Source of the DNA: Pseudomonadota bacterium
GTDB taxonomy: Bacteria; Pseudomonadota; Gammaproteobacteria; JAADHS01
Length of the DNA stretch: 64,000 nt
Assembly (NCBI GenBank): GCA_021821045.1
Contig: JAKACW010000015.1
Span: 4,713-68,712, forward strand
Direction: 5' to 3'
The notes beneath the pieces are model-generated. The model ran no database searches. It saw only the letters and a program-made list of their open reading frames with translations, and was not told the DNA's origin. Within the stretch, counting starts at the first letter, position 1. Each line of letters opens with the position of its first letter. Both the position numbers and the translations under genes were made by a program. This document shows positions 29,509 to 38,119 of this stretch, piece by piece.

Positions 29509-29771
29509 CCTAGTACCTCATTCATGGATATAACATTACTGGTTTGATGCTTTTTTGCCGTCGGCTCATTTGCGTATAATGATGCGTCGTTTTTCCCAGG
29601 GTGTCACGGATATACCCAGTCGAGACTTGGTGTCGACTCGCGAGCAGCGTCCGAGAAACGAGACGAAAAAGCAGAACGGCGTACTTTAATAAACAAAAAC
29701 ATCGCGTTCTCCGATAACAAGTACGATTTCGAGGGCATTCCCTCGATCCAAGCAAGCGAACACGTGCATCC

Positions 29772-32192
29772 ATGTCCGCAGCGACACGCTCAAAATCCCG
29801 TGTATTGACGCCGCTCTTTCTGGTGTTGCTGTTGCTCGTCGGCGGCTTTATCGGTGGCTTCTTTTGGGAAAAGCATCGCGATCTTGAGCGAGAGTTCGAC
29901 CTCACGCTACGCAGCCTCGAAAACTCATTCAACGTCGTCATCGAGAACCACGCCAAGCGCCTCGCGATCGCCATCGACACGCTGGCTGAAAACGAGAAGC
30001 TGCTCAATTCATTCCTGCTGCAAGACCGCGACACACTGGCCACGAACGTCCAGCCCATTTTCGATAAGCTGCGCAGCGATTATGGCGCTACGCATCTGTA
30101 TTTCATCGATGCGGGACGCAAAACCATCCTAAGAGCTCACGAGCCGCAAAACCATGGCGAAACCGTGGACCGTCAAACGCTTATCGCGGCGCAGCGATCC
30201 GAAAAGCTGTCCTACGGCGTCGAGCTTGGCAACACCGGGATGCTGACACTGCGTGTCGTCGCGCCCTGGTACAAGGGGCGCAACTTGGTCGGCTATATCG
30301 AACTTGGCGAGGAAGTCGCCCAGATATTCAACCAAGTCAAGAATATCTTCGCCATCGACTTTTACGTTGTGCTCAACCAGAGCTTGCTGGACAAGAACGC
30401 CTGGCAGCAGTCGATGCGCGCGCTAGGACGTGAAGGTCTTTGGAACGACGCGGGCAGCTACGCCATCGCGGCACAAACCATGCCCGGCGCGCCGAGCAGT
30501 TTGTTGTCCTACCTCGAGGAAAGCCACGCCGCGCCCGAGCAGGTTGCGTTCACCGCCGCCTCGGGCAAACGCCGCTTTCAAATCGGCACCATCGCTCTAA
30601 CGGACGTCAGCAACCGCGAGGTCGGCAAGATCGCCGTCTTGCGCGATATCACCGCCGCTATGGACAACATCCACGAGATCGTCCGCTATGCAGCCTTGGT
30701 CGCCGGCGGCTTGGGACTGCTCCTGCTCGCCTTCTTCTATGAAATCCTGTTGCGCGCCGAGAAGGTGTCGGCGCAGGCCCAACCGGACAAACCGCAAGCA
30801 CCCGCCGAAACGCCGCAAGGCCAGAAAACAAATGAAGCGGCCGAAAAGCCGACCACGATTACCGTGGAGTCCCTCTATGATCGTCTGACGGGCTTGCCGA
30901 TCAAAGCGGTTTTGCATGACCGCCTGAACCATGAGATCGCCGTGGCGCAACGCGACAACAAATCGGTGGCGGCCATGGTCATCAATGTTGTGAATATGGG
31001 CGAGGTGGGAGAATCGTTTGGCGACGACTTGGCCAACCAACTCCTTCGCGAAATCTCTCGGCGGCTCAAGGAGGGTTTGCGCCGTTCCGATACCGTCGCG
31101 CGCACGGGAACCAATCAGCTCGGGTTGGTCCTGCCGTCAGTAACACCGGAGGTCGCCGTGGCCACGGCGGAGAAAATTCTCTCCATACTCTCCTCCGCTT
31201 ACCAACTGGGTAATGTATCCCTGGACGGGAAATTCGTCGGCGGCGTCGCCATTTTCCCATTCCACGGCCACGATGCCGAGATTCTGATGGATCGGGCCGA
31301 AAATGCCCGTCACGTGGCCGAGCAGAGCAGACAGCGCTACAGCGTTTTCGATTCGCGCCGCGAAACACACAAACACAAGCAAGTCACACTGCTGCAGGAC
31401 TTGCAACGCGCGGTCACCGACAATGAGTTGATGCTGCACTATTTCCCCCGAGTGGACATCAGCAGCGGAAAGGTCAACGGCGCCGAAGCGTTGTTGCGTT
31501 GGCGACATGCCAACGAGGGGCATGTGGCACCGGAGGAAATCGTCGCTCTGGCGGAAAAAAGCGGCATGATCAAGCCGCTCGCTCGCTGGGCGACCAACAA
31601 AGCGTTTCGCCAGCAAGCCAATTGGCGTAAGAACGGCATTGACCTGAATCTAGCCATCAACGTCACGACGGCAAGCCTGCTCGACCCAGGATTTTACGAT
31701 TATTTGCGCGAACTGCAGACGGGCTGGAAAATCCCGGCCAACTCAATCACGTTTGAAATCCCCGAGAAGGCGCTGCTCGAAGACCGACGGCGCGTGACCA
31801 CCGCGATGGAACGGTTGCACGGCATGGGTTTTCTGTTGGCCTTGGACGACGTCGGCGTCGGCCACTCGGCAGCCCCCTATCTCAAAACAATACCCGTCGC
31901 CGAACTGAAGATTCACGAGAGCATCACCTACACCATCACCGAGAACAGCAATAACTTTGCCTTTCTTCGCTCGACCATCGACTTCGCCCACGGCTTAGGC
32001 ATCATGGTGACCGCCGAAGGGGTGAAGAATAAAGCGATTTGGGACGTGCTGACCGCTTATCATTGCGACATGGCGCAGGGCTACCACATCAACCAACCCG
32101 CCACCTCGGGCGCGTTCGAGTGCTGGCTGACCAACTCGAAATACGGACTGGGCCGCAAGGATTCGATTTGCACCTGGCGGCCTGAACCCTAG
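29772..32192 (+). CDS. Membrane sensor with Cache domain, degenerate GGDEF and EAL domain
   Basis: TM-Cache-TM architecture. YDRLTGLP; GTNQL replaces GGDEF. EALLRW, LALDDVG, TAEGV, QGY. Confidence 0.85.
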   Translation: MSAATRSKSRVLTPLFLVLLLLVGGFIGGFFWEKHRDLEREFDLTLRSLENSFNVVIENHAKRLAIAIDTLAENEKLLNSFLLQDRDTLATNVQPIFDKLRSDYGATHLYFIDAGRKTILRAHEPQNHGETVDRQTLIAAQRSEKLSYGVELGNTGMLTLRVVAPWYKGRNLVGYIELGEEVAQIFNQVKNIFAIDFYVVLNQSLLDKNAWQQSMRALGREGLWNDAGSYAIAAQTMPGAPSSLLSYLEESHAAPEQVAFTAASGKRRFQIGTIALTDVSNREVGKIAVLRDITAAMDNIHEIVRYAALVAGGLGLLLLAFFYEILLRAEKVSAQAQPDKPQAPAETPQGQKTNEAAEKPTTITVESLYDRLTGLPIKAVLHDRLNHEIAVAQRDNKSVAAMVINVVNMGEVGESFGDDLANQLLREISRRLKEGLRRSDTVARTGTNQLGLVLPSVTPEVAVATAEKILSILSSAYQLGNVSLDGKFVGGVAIFPFHGHDAEILMDRAENARHVAEQSRQRYSVFDSRRETHKHKQVTLLQDLQRAVTDNELMLHYFPRVDISSGKVNGAEALLRWRHANEGHVAPEEIVALAEKSGMIKPLARWATNKAFRQQANWRKNGIDLNLAINVTTASLLDPGFYDYLRELQTGWKIPANSITFEIPEKALLEDRRRVTTAMERLHGMGFLLALDDVGVGHSAAPYLKTIPVAELKIHESITYTITENSNNFAFLRSTIDFAHGLGIMVTAEGVKNKAIWDVLTAYHCDMAQGYHINQPATSGAFECWLTNSKYGLGRKDSICTWRPEP

Positions 32193-32198
32193 GGCCCC

Positions 32199-33098
32199 CT
32201 ACCGCGACCGAGCGGCAACGATGCGATTGCGCAAGCGGCCGATACGCTCGATTTCGCATTCCACCACATCCCCCGGCGTCAAAAACTCTGGCGGCGTTCG
32301 AGCAAAGCCAACCCCGCTGGGGGTGCCCGTGGCGATGATGTCCCCCGGCTCCAGAGTCATCACTTGCGACAACACGGAAATGACCTTCGCAACTGAGAAT
32401 ATCTGGTGGCGCGTGCTGGACGACTGTTTCAGCGTTTCATTCACCCAAGAACGAAGTTCCAGCTGCTGTGGATCGCCAATTTCATCGGCCGTGACGATCC
32501 AAGGCCCCATAGGGCTCGCCCGATCCAGACTCTTGCCGACAAAAAACTGCTTGTGGCGAAATTGCAGATCGCGAGCGGACGTATCGTTGATTACCGTATA
32601 GCCGAACACCGAATCGAGCGCCGCTTGCTCATCTACACTCTTGATTCTGGCCCCGATGACCACGCCCAGTTCCACCTCCCAATCGAGCTGCGTAGTTACG
32701 GCGCTGTCCACTTCAATGTCGTCCACGGGGCCGGTCAGAGCGGTGACGGCTTTGGTGAATATCACGGGATGTTCGGGGACCTCGACCTTCTTGCCTGTCG
32801 CCTGGGCGGACTCCTGCGCGTGATCGGCATAGTTCCACCCCAAACAGATGATGTTCTTGTGCGGCCGGGGGATGGGCGCGCCCAAACGCAGGTTACGCAT
32901 GGGAACGCGGCACTCGGGCGGCGCGGCAACGCAAAATTCCGCGAGACGCCGCCACACATCGCTGCCGGCCTCGATGATCGACTGGCAGGTGCTGAAACGC
33001 CTGTCCCAGTAGTCGGACAACGCCGGCAAAATGGCGTCGTCCCCGCTGGAGACGGCCAGAAAGCTGGCACCGTTATACGTCGCCTGGCCAACTCGCAC
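32199..33098 (-). CDS. Fumarylacetoacetate hydrolase family protein
   Basis: ICLGWNYADH, LDWEVELGVVIG, NDTSARDLQ, PGDIIATGTPSGVG. Confidence 0.93.
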   Translation of the reverse strand: MRVGQATYNGASFLAVSSGDDAILPALSDYWDRRFSTCQSIIEAGSDVWRRLAEFCVAAPPECRVPMRNLRLGAPIPRPHKNIICLGWNYADHAQESAQATGKKVEVPEHPVIFTKAVTALTGPVDDIEVDSAVTTQLDWEVELGVVIGARIKSVDEQAALDSVFGYTVINDTSARDLQFRHKQFFVGKSLDRASPMGPWIVTADEIGDPQQLELRSWVNETLKQSSSTRHQIFSVAKVISVLSQVMTLEPGDIIATGTPSGVGFARTPPEFLTPGDVVECEIERIGRLRNRIVAARSR

Positions 33099-33107
33099 GT
33101 TACGGGC

Positions 33108-33392
33108 CTATTCCGCGAGCCACTTCTGCAGCGCCTCGATGATCGACTGCGCCTGATCACGACTGGAAATGTTGAACTTCGATGCCGGAATGTACTCTCC
33201 GCTGCGCTTGCGGTAACGACGAATGGTGAACTTCTCCGGGCCGTAGTCGTTCTTGGCGCGATCCCAATCCTGGTAGCGGAACATGAGGGTCGCCCATGCG
33301 CCCTTGGTTAACACCACTTTATCCAGCTCTTTTGTCACCAGAACACCGTCTTCGGTGTAGTTAACCGTGAGTTCGTCAACAGTTGCTGCCAT
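33108..33392 (-). CDS. Conserved hypothetical protein
   Basis: 94 aa with AAGGA RBS; LTKGAWATLMFRYQDW...KFTIRRYRK...SKFNISS. Confidence 0.8.
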   Translation of the reverse strand: MAATVDELTVNYTEDGVLVTKELDKVVLTKGAWATLMFRYQDWDRAKNDYGPEKFTIRRYRKRSGEYIPASKFNISSRDQAQSIIEALQKWLAE

Positions 33393-33535
33393 GCTACGTT
33401 TCCTTTCGATTTGCGATACGGGCTACGCACCCACCCGTGCGCCGCGCCTATATTTAAGAATTTACCCCCAAATGTAAACCCCAATCGAGACAACCCCTTC
33501 ATCCCCAAATTGTCTATAATTCGCCCCACCTACTT

Positions 33536-34021
33536 ATGACTGACGAAACTCCGCCAAGCCGAACTCAGCGCAAGAAGCACGTTGAGAGCCTCCAGAAACT
33601 GGGGGAACAATTGCTAGAGCTGCGCGAATCGGAGCTCAAATCCATCCCCATGTCCGACAAACTCCGCGAAGCGCTGAGGATGGCCAAATCCATTGATTCC
33701 CGCGGCGCGCTGCGCCGACAGCGTCAATACATCGGCAAGGTCATGCGCAACGAAGACGGGCCGGCGATCGCGGAAGCCATAGAGCGCCTGCGGCAACCCT
33801 CCCGCCAGGAGATCGCCCGGCAGCACCTTGCCGAGCAGTGGCGGGAACGCCTGCTGGGCGCGGGTGGCGATGGGGCGCTCAAAGAGTTCGCCGATGCCTA
33901 CCCACTCGCCGACAAGACCACCCTTTTGGCCCTCATCGAATCCACTAAGTCACCCAGTCAAAACGAAGCGAAACAGGCCAGCCGCGCGTTATTCCGGTTC
34001 ATCGTCGGCGTGCTGGCTTAG
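33536..34021 (+). CDS. yjgA: Ribosome biogenesis factor YjgA/DarP (DUF615)
   Basis: SRTQRKK...LQKLGEQL, RRQRQYIGKVMR, WRERLL, RALFR. Confidence 0.9.
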   Translation: MTDETPPSRTQRKKHVESLQKLGEQLLELRESELKSIPMSDKLREALRMAKSIDSRGALRRQRQYIGKVMRNEDGPAIAEAIERLRQPSRQEIARQHLAEQWRERLLGAGGDGALKEFADAYPLADKTTLLALIESTKSPSQNEAKQASRALFRFIVGVLA

Positions 34022-34189
34022 TTGTTGTCATTGCGACACTACCAAACCGGGGCGAATCAATCGAACACTTCGCGCGTGATATATTTTTTTCGATATTTCA
34101 GCTATTTTTAAACCATGATCAACGATCCTGGATGATGGACCAGCGATTTGTTGATGGTGGCGCTGGGAAACTTTCTATGTCGCTAGGTG

Positions 34190-34218
34190 TTGACCCGGCG
34201 CCCACTCGGGCTTAATAC
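34190..34218 (+). promoter_or_regulatory. Putative sigma70 promoter
   Basis: TTGACC-17 nt-TAATAC. Confidence 0.4.
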
Positions 34219-34418
34219 TATCCCCCTTGGAAGATTTCATGGCGAGTGCCACCGCGAACGACGCGCGAGCACCGCGACAGCGACTGGAAGCCCGCTCCCA
34301 AAAGGACGGCGCATCCACGTCATCAGGGACGAGATAGCGTATTCCGCGCTCACCGGAGCCGCAGGCGAACGCAAGGTTTCAGATCCTTTTGATAATTCGT
34401 ACTTGGAGGGCTTTTACT

Positions 34419-34676
34419 ATGGGGTTCTATCAAGAATATGCAGCGACACCGGAATCGGTCGGGGACTGGGAGGGCGAGGAGCACCTTGCCGCCGAACAGG
34501 TAAACCGCATTTACATGGCCATCGACTCCGCCATACCCGGCAGTATCGATCCAAATCTTGCCCGCAACATTTTTAATCGTGTATGGGAAGACTGGGGCTA
34601 CGATTTGCGCTTGCTGGACATTACCGACTCGGAAATCCAAGAATATACAATTAATCTCTTGAGAACAGCAGCTTAA
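34419..34676 (+). CDS. Small acidic hypothetical protein
   Basis: GGAGG RBS before ATG 34419; followed by a terminator. Confidence 0.7.
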   Translation: MGFYQEYAATPESVGDWEGEEHLAAEQVNRIYMAIDSAIPGSIDPNLARNIFNRVWEDWGYDLRLLDITDSEIQEYTINLLRTAA

Positions 34677-34696
34677 CGACTCGTTGATAGTTCGAA

Positions 34697-34728
34697 AACA
34701 AACCCGCCAACCGGCGGGTTTGTTGTTT
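34697..34728. terminator. Bidirectional intrinsic terminator
   Basis: AACAAACCCGCC-aacc-GGCGGGTTTGTT between convergent genes. Confidence 0.8.
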
Positions 34729-34733
34729 GTGCG

Positions 34734-34970
34734 TCACAGCAAATCGAAGGCGTCGATATCTTCCAGGGCAACCGCGGACCGAGACCGTCCGCGCTGAACC
34801 ATCAAATAGTCGCCGACATCGGAAGACTGTACCGACAGGGGGAGTACCGTCTCGGTCCGCACCGCGCCCGTGCCGTCCCGGTAAGTCAACTTCACCTGTC
34901 GTCCTGCACGAATCGCCAAGTCCAACTCGTTGCGACTGACAATGATAGGCCGACGATTGCGGTGTGCCAT
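34734..34970 (-). CDS. Small hypothetical protein (Rof/WYL-like Sm-fold candidate)
   Basis: ELDLAIRAGRQVKLTYRDG...VALEDI. Confidence 0.55.
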   Translation of the reverse strand: MAHRNRRPIIVSRNELDLAIRAGRQVKLTYRDGTGAVRTETVLPLSVQSSDVGDYLMVQRGRSRSAVALEDIDAFDLL

Positions 34971-34974
34971 GGCT

Positions 34975-35223
34975 CTAAGTCGCGTCCTGATACCAGTGGC
35001 GAGGCATCTGCAAATAGAAACCGACCTCGCTCAGCTGTTGCCTCACAGTATGAACGTCGGCGGATGCGAGCTTTTGCCGCGATGCCAAGTCCAGCTCCAT
35101 TACCAACGTCAAATCCCCCAGCAGTGCGAGCAGGCTTTCGGGTACCCGCGAGAAATCGTCTTCGCGGACAACGAACAAATAACTGTCATCTCGTTTGGTG
35201 CTCTTGTATACGAAACATTGCAT
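34975..35223 (-). CDS. ycgL: YcgL domain protein
   Basis: MQCFVYKS.K...YLFV...FSRVPESL...KLA...GFYLQMP. Confidence 0.9.
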   Translation of the reverse strand: MQCFVYKSTKRDDSYLFVVREDDFSRVPESLLALLGDLTLVMELDLASRQKLASADVHTVRQQLSEVGFYLQMPRHWYQDAT

Positions 35224-35429
35224 GGCAACTCGGTCACTCTGTCGAAACGCCTCTATATAACGACAAGATGCGGCTTAGGCAAGAAACCACCCCCTTGCAA
35301 AATCCTCAACAATTATACATTAAAGTCCCAATTGCGCTATTATGCGCGCTCCGAGACGAAGCCGCGCATCAAGACGCCGGGGCCGCTTCAATGGAATTCG
35401 CTTTCAGGCTTTTGAATCAGGATACAACA

Positions 35430-36647
35430 ATGCTCACCGCCCAGCGGCACAGCTCGCCGTACGATCAACCAGTCACCGAGTTAACCATCGACGGTTGCCA
35501 TATAACACTGCTGGGAACGGCCCATGTATCCCAGGCGAGCAAGGACGCCGTCGGGGCGCTGCTTGCCGAGCGCCAGTTCGACAACGTGGCCGTGGAGCTC
35601 TGTCCGAGCCGCTACAACGCCTTGCTCGTGCCTGATAATTTCGCCCAGACCGACTTGCTATCCATGTTGAAAGCCGGCAAGGGCTCCACCCTGGTCGCCA
35701 ACTTATTTCTTGGCGCCTACCAACAGCGCCTCGGCGAAGAACTGGGGATCGAACCTGGCGCCGAGCTGCGAACCGCCGTCGAAACTGCCCGAGCCAAACA
35801 CTTGCCGGTCACGCTGATCGACCGCGAAATCGGCGTCACGCTGCGAAGGGCGGTTGGGCGGCTAGGCACGTGGCGCAAGCTGACTTTGGTCGCGTCGTTT
35901 TTGTCGATGTTCTTCTCGCGCCAATCCGTGTCCAAGGAAGAAATCGAGAAGCTCAAGAGTCGGGACATGATCAGCACCCTGGTCGACGAATTTTCCGAAT
36001 ATGAAATCGATTTGTTCACGCCCCTCATCGATGAACGGGATAGCTACATGGCGGCTCGTCTGAAGCTCGCCGCAAAAAATTCGCCCAACACGCGCTGGCT
36101 CGCGGTCATCGGCGCCGGGCACCTCCCGGGCATCGAACGCCGGCTGCGCGACACCACGACGGATAGCGAACAGGAGATCGCCCGCCTCGATACCGTGCCG
36201 CCGCCGAGCCGGTGGCCGAAGGTGATCGCCTGGAGCATCGTCGCCGCGATCTTGTTTGGTTTTGCCTACGGGTTTTACCGCAGCCCCGCCATGGGTTGGG
36301 AGCTGGTTGCGATCTGGTTTGTGATCAATGGCACCTTGGCCGCGCTCGGTGCGCTCGCCGCTCGAGCGCACCCCGCGACAATCGCCACGGCGTTCGTTGC
36401 CGCCCCCTTCACGTCTCTCAACCCCATGATCAGCGCCGGCGTCGTGGCGGCGGCGGTCGAGCTCTACCAGAATCGCCCCACCGCGGGGGACTTCTTGAGT
36501 TTGCGCAAAGCGACCATGGAGCTGCGCGGCTGGTGGCGCAACCGGGTTGCGCGGACGTTATTGGTTTTCGTCTTTTCCACCCTCGGGTCCGCTCTCGGCA
36601 CCTACGTCGCGGGCTTCCTGATGTTGGAGCGCTTGGTTGCTGGCTAG
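35430..36647 (+). CDS. TraB/GumN (pheromone-shutdown-like) family membrane protein
   Basis: LLGTAHVS, VAVELC..R, EPGAEL, LIDRE, LIDERD, VIGAGH, C-terminal TM segments. Confidence 0.9.
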   Translation: MLTAQRHSSPYDQPVTELTIDGCHITLLGTAHVSQASKDAVGALLAERQFDNVAVELCPSRYNALLVPDNFAQTDLLSMLKAGKGSTLVANLFLGAYQQRLGEELGIEPGAELRTAVETARAKHLPVTLIDREIGVTLRRAVGRLGTWRKLTLVASFLSMFFSRQSVSKEEIEKLKSRDMISTLVDEFSEYEIDLFTPLIDERDSYMAARLKLAAKNSPNTRWLAVIGAGHLPGIERRLRDTTTDSEQEIARLDTVPPPSRWPKVIAWSIVAAILFGFAYGFYRSPAMGWELVAIWFVINGTLAALGALAARAHPATIATAFVAAPFTSLNPMISAGVVAAAVELYQNRPTAGDFLSLRKATMELRGWWRNRVARTLLVFVFSTLGSALGTYVAGFLMLERLVAG

Positions 36648-36713
36648 GGTCCAACCCACGCTTTATACTAGGGGCCCGTTGGACGCTTGGCGTCTCACCA
36701 CCAAGGAATAACA

Positions 36714-37976
36714 ATGACCGCACCCACTACTGGCGCGTTTCGTGTCGTTTGTCATCAAAACCACGGCGGTAAAGGCACTGTCGCGGTCATCCACGCCGAC
36801 GCCACAGGTTTTCGCGCGTCAGCGATTCCTGCGGGCGCGGCCACGGGCTTGCCGTTCGAGCGCCGGCCGACATTCGTTGGACTCGATAAGAGTGGCGCAG
36901 TTGTATTGCTCGATCCTGTATCGAAGCGCCTGAACGCGCAAGCGGCGCTGCCGGTCGACGCGCTGCCGACCTACGCCTACACCGATCAAAGCACCGGGCG
37001 CATGTGGTTCGTCAATGATGGCGATGAGGAAACGGGAAACGATAGCTTCAATTGCGGCGACAAGGGCTCCTCCGTCACCATCCTGCAGAATGCTCAGGCG
37101 CCAAAGGTTTTCAAGACGTTGTGTGTCGGCCGGGGCCACCATGTCACGGCATTCGTCGGCCAGCCTCACGGCAAAAAGATTGTCTTCGTCAGCGATCTCA
37201 ACGACGGCACGATTCACATTGTCGGCAATGACGAGCAGGACAGCGCGACCTTCCTCAACATTCTCGGCAGCATCAACCTGTGCGAGCCCGAAAAGGAAGA
37301 GTCGAAATCGGATCAAATTCCCAATAACGCTTTTCCCCACGGCATGGTGTTCTCGCCTGTTTCAGGGAAGGTCTACAACCTGAACAATGGCTACGGCACC
37401 ATCGCCGTCATGGATCCGGCGTCGTTCAAGATCACCAACCGCATTGCGCTGAAAGGCTGCAGCAATTTGCTGCTGAGCCCGAACGGGAAATTCCTGGTGG
37501 GCAAAGGCGCGGACCGCAAGGCGGACCCCGACCATGTGATCGGCAAAATCGCGGTGGTCGACGTGTCCCGCGAGGAGGTGGTCACGCTGCTCGATCTCAA
37601 AGACGTCTATCCAAGCACTTTCCGATTTAATCCGTCCGGCACCAAACTGTACGTCACCACGGCCGCCACGGGTAAAGGCGCGCAACGCGGGGCGCTGAAG
37701 ATGAGCACGCTGCTGGTTTTCGACGCCACCGCCCTGCCCAAACTCGCCCTGCTGAAGGAAGTCAACGTCGGCAAGGCGGACTGCGGCCGCCGGCCCATCG
37801 CTTTTCGCAAAATTGACAGCACGCGCAGCCATATCTTCGTGCCCAACCCCACGGACGGCACGCTGACCATCCTCGACGACGGCAGCGACCGCGTGGTCGA
37901 CACCGTCAGGATCGGCGACGGCAACTGCGACGAGGTGCTGTTTTCCTTCTGGGACGGTGACGTTTTCGGCTCCTAG
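36714..37976 (+). CDS. YVTN/YncE-like beta-propeller protein, no obvious signal peptide
   Basis: Repeated SPVSGKVY, SPNGKFL and NPSGTKLYV units; GRGHH and FPHGM motifs. Confidence 0.75.
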   Translation: MTAPTTGAFRVVCHQNHGGKGTVAVIHADATGFRASAIPAGAATGLPFERRPTFVGLDKSGAVVLLDPVSKRLNAQAALPVDALPTYAYTDQSTGRMWFVNDGDEETGNDSFNCGDKGSSVTILQNAQAPKVFKTLCVGRGHHVTAFVGQPHGKKIVFVSDLNDGTIHIVGNDEQDSATFLNILGSINLCEPEKEESKSDQIPNNAFPHGMVFSPVSGKVYNLNNGYGTIAVMDPASFKITNRIALKGCSNLLLSPNGKFLVGKGADRKADPDHVIGKIAVVDVSREEVVTLLDLKDVYPSTFRFNPSGTKLYVTTAATGKGAQRGALKMSTLLVFDATALPKLALLKEVNVGKADCGRRPIAFRKIDSTRSHIFVPNPTDGTLTILDDGSDRVVDTVRIGDGNCDEVLFSFWDGDVFGS

Positions 37977-38119
37977 TCTTTCGGCATTGCCGCGCCGCAC
38001 CTCGTAGGTTTTTACCCGGTCCGTAACCGGGTATTCGTTCACAGCGCGGCAGTTCCCGCCCGTGCTTCCCCATCAGTTCCCCGGCCCACATGCCGCTAAA
38101 TCCCGTGGAGCCGTAATGC

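Noticed and set aside
34280..34300. Possible REP remnant (GGAAGCCCGCTCCCA)
   Set aside because: Too degenerate and unpaired to call.
35430..36647. Conjugative transfer gene traB or plasmid region
   Set aside because: It is the TraB/GumN pheromone-shutdown-like family, with no T4SS, relaxase or integrase nearby. The upstream ORF extension from 34962 overlaps ycgL.
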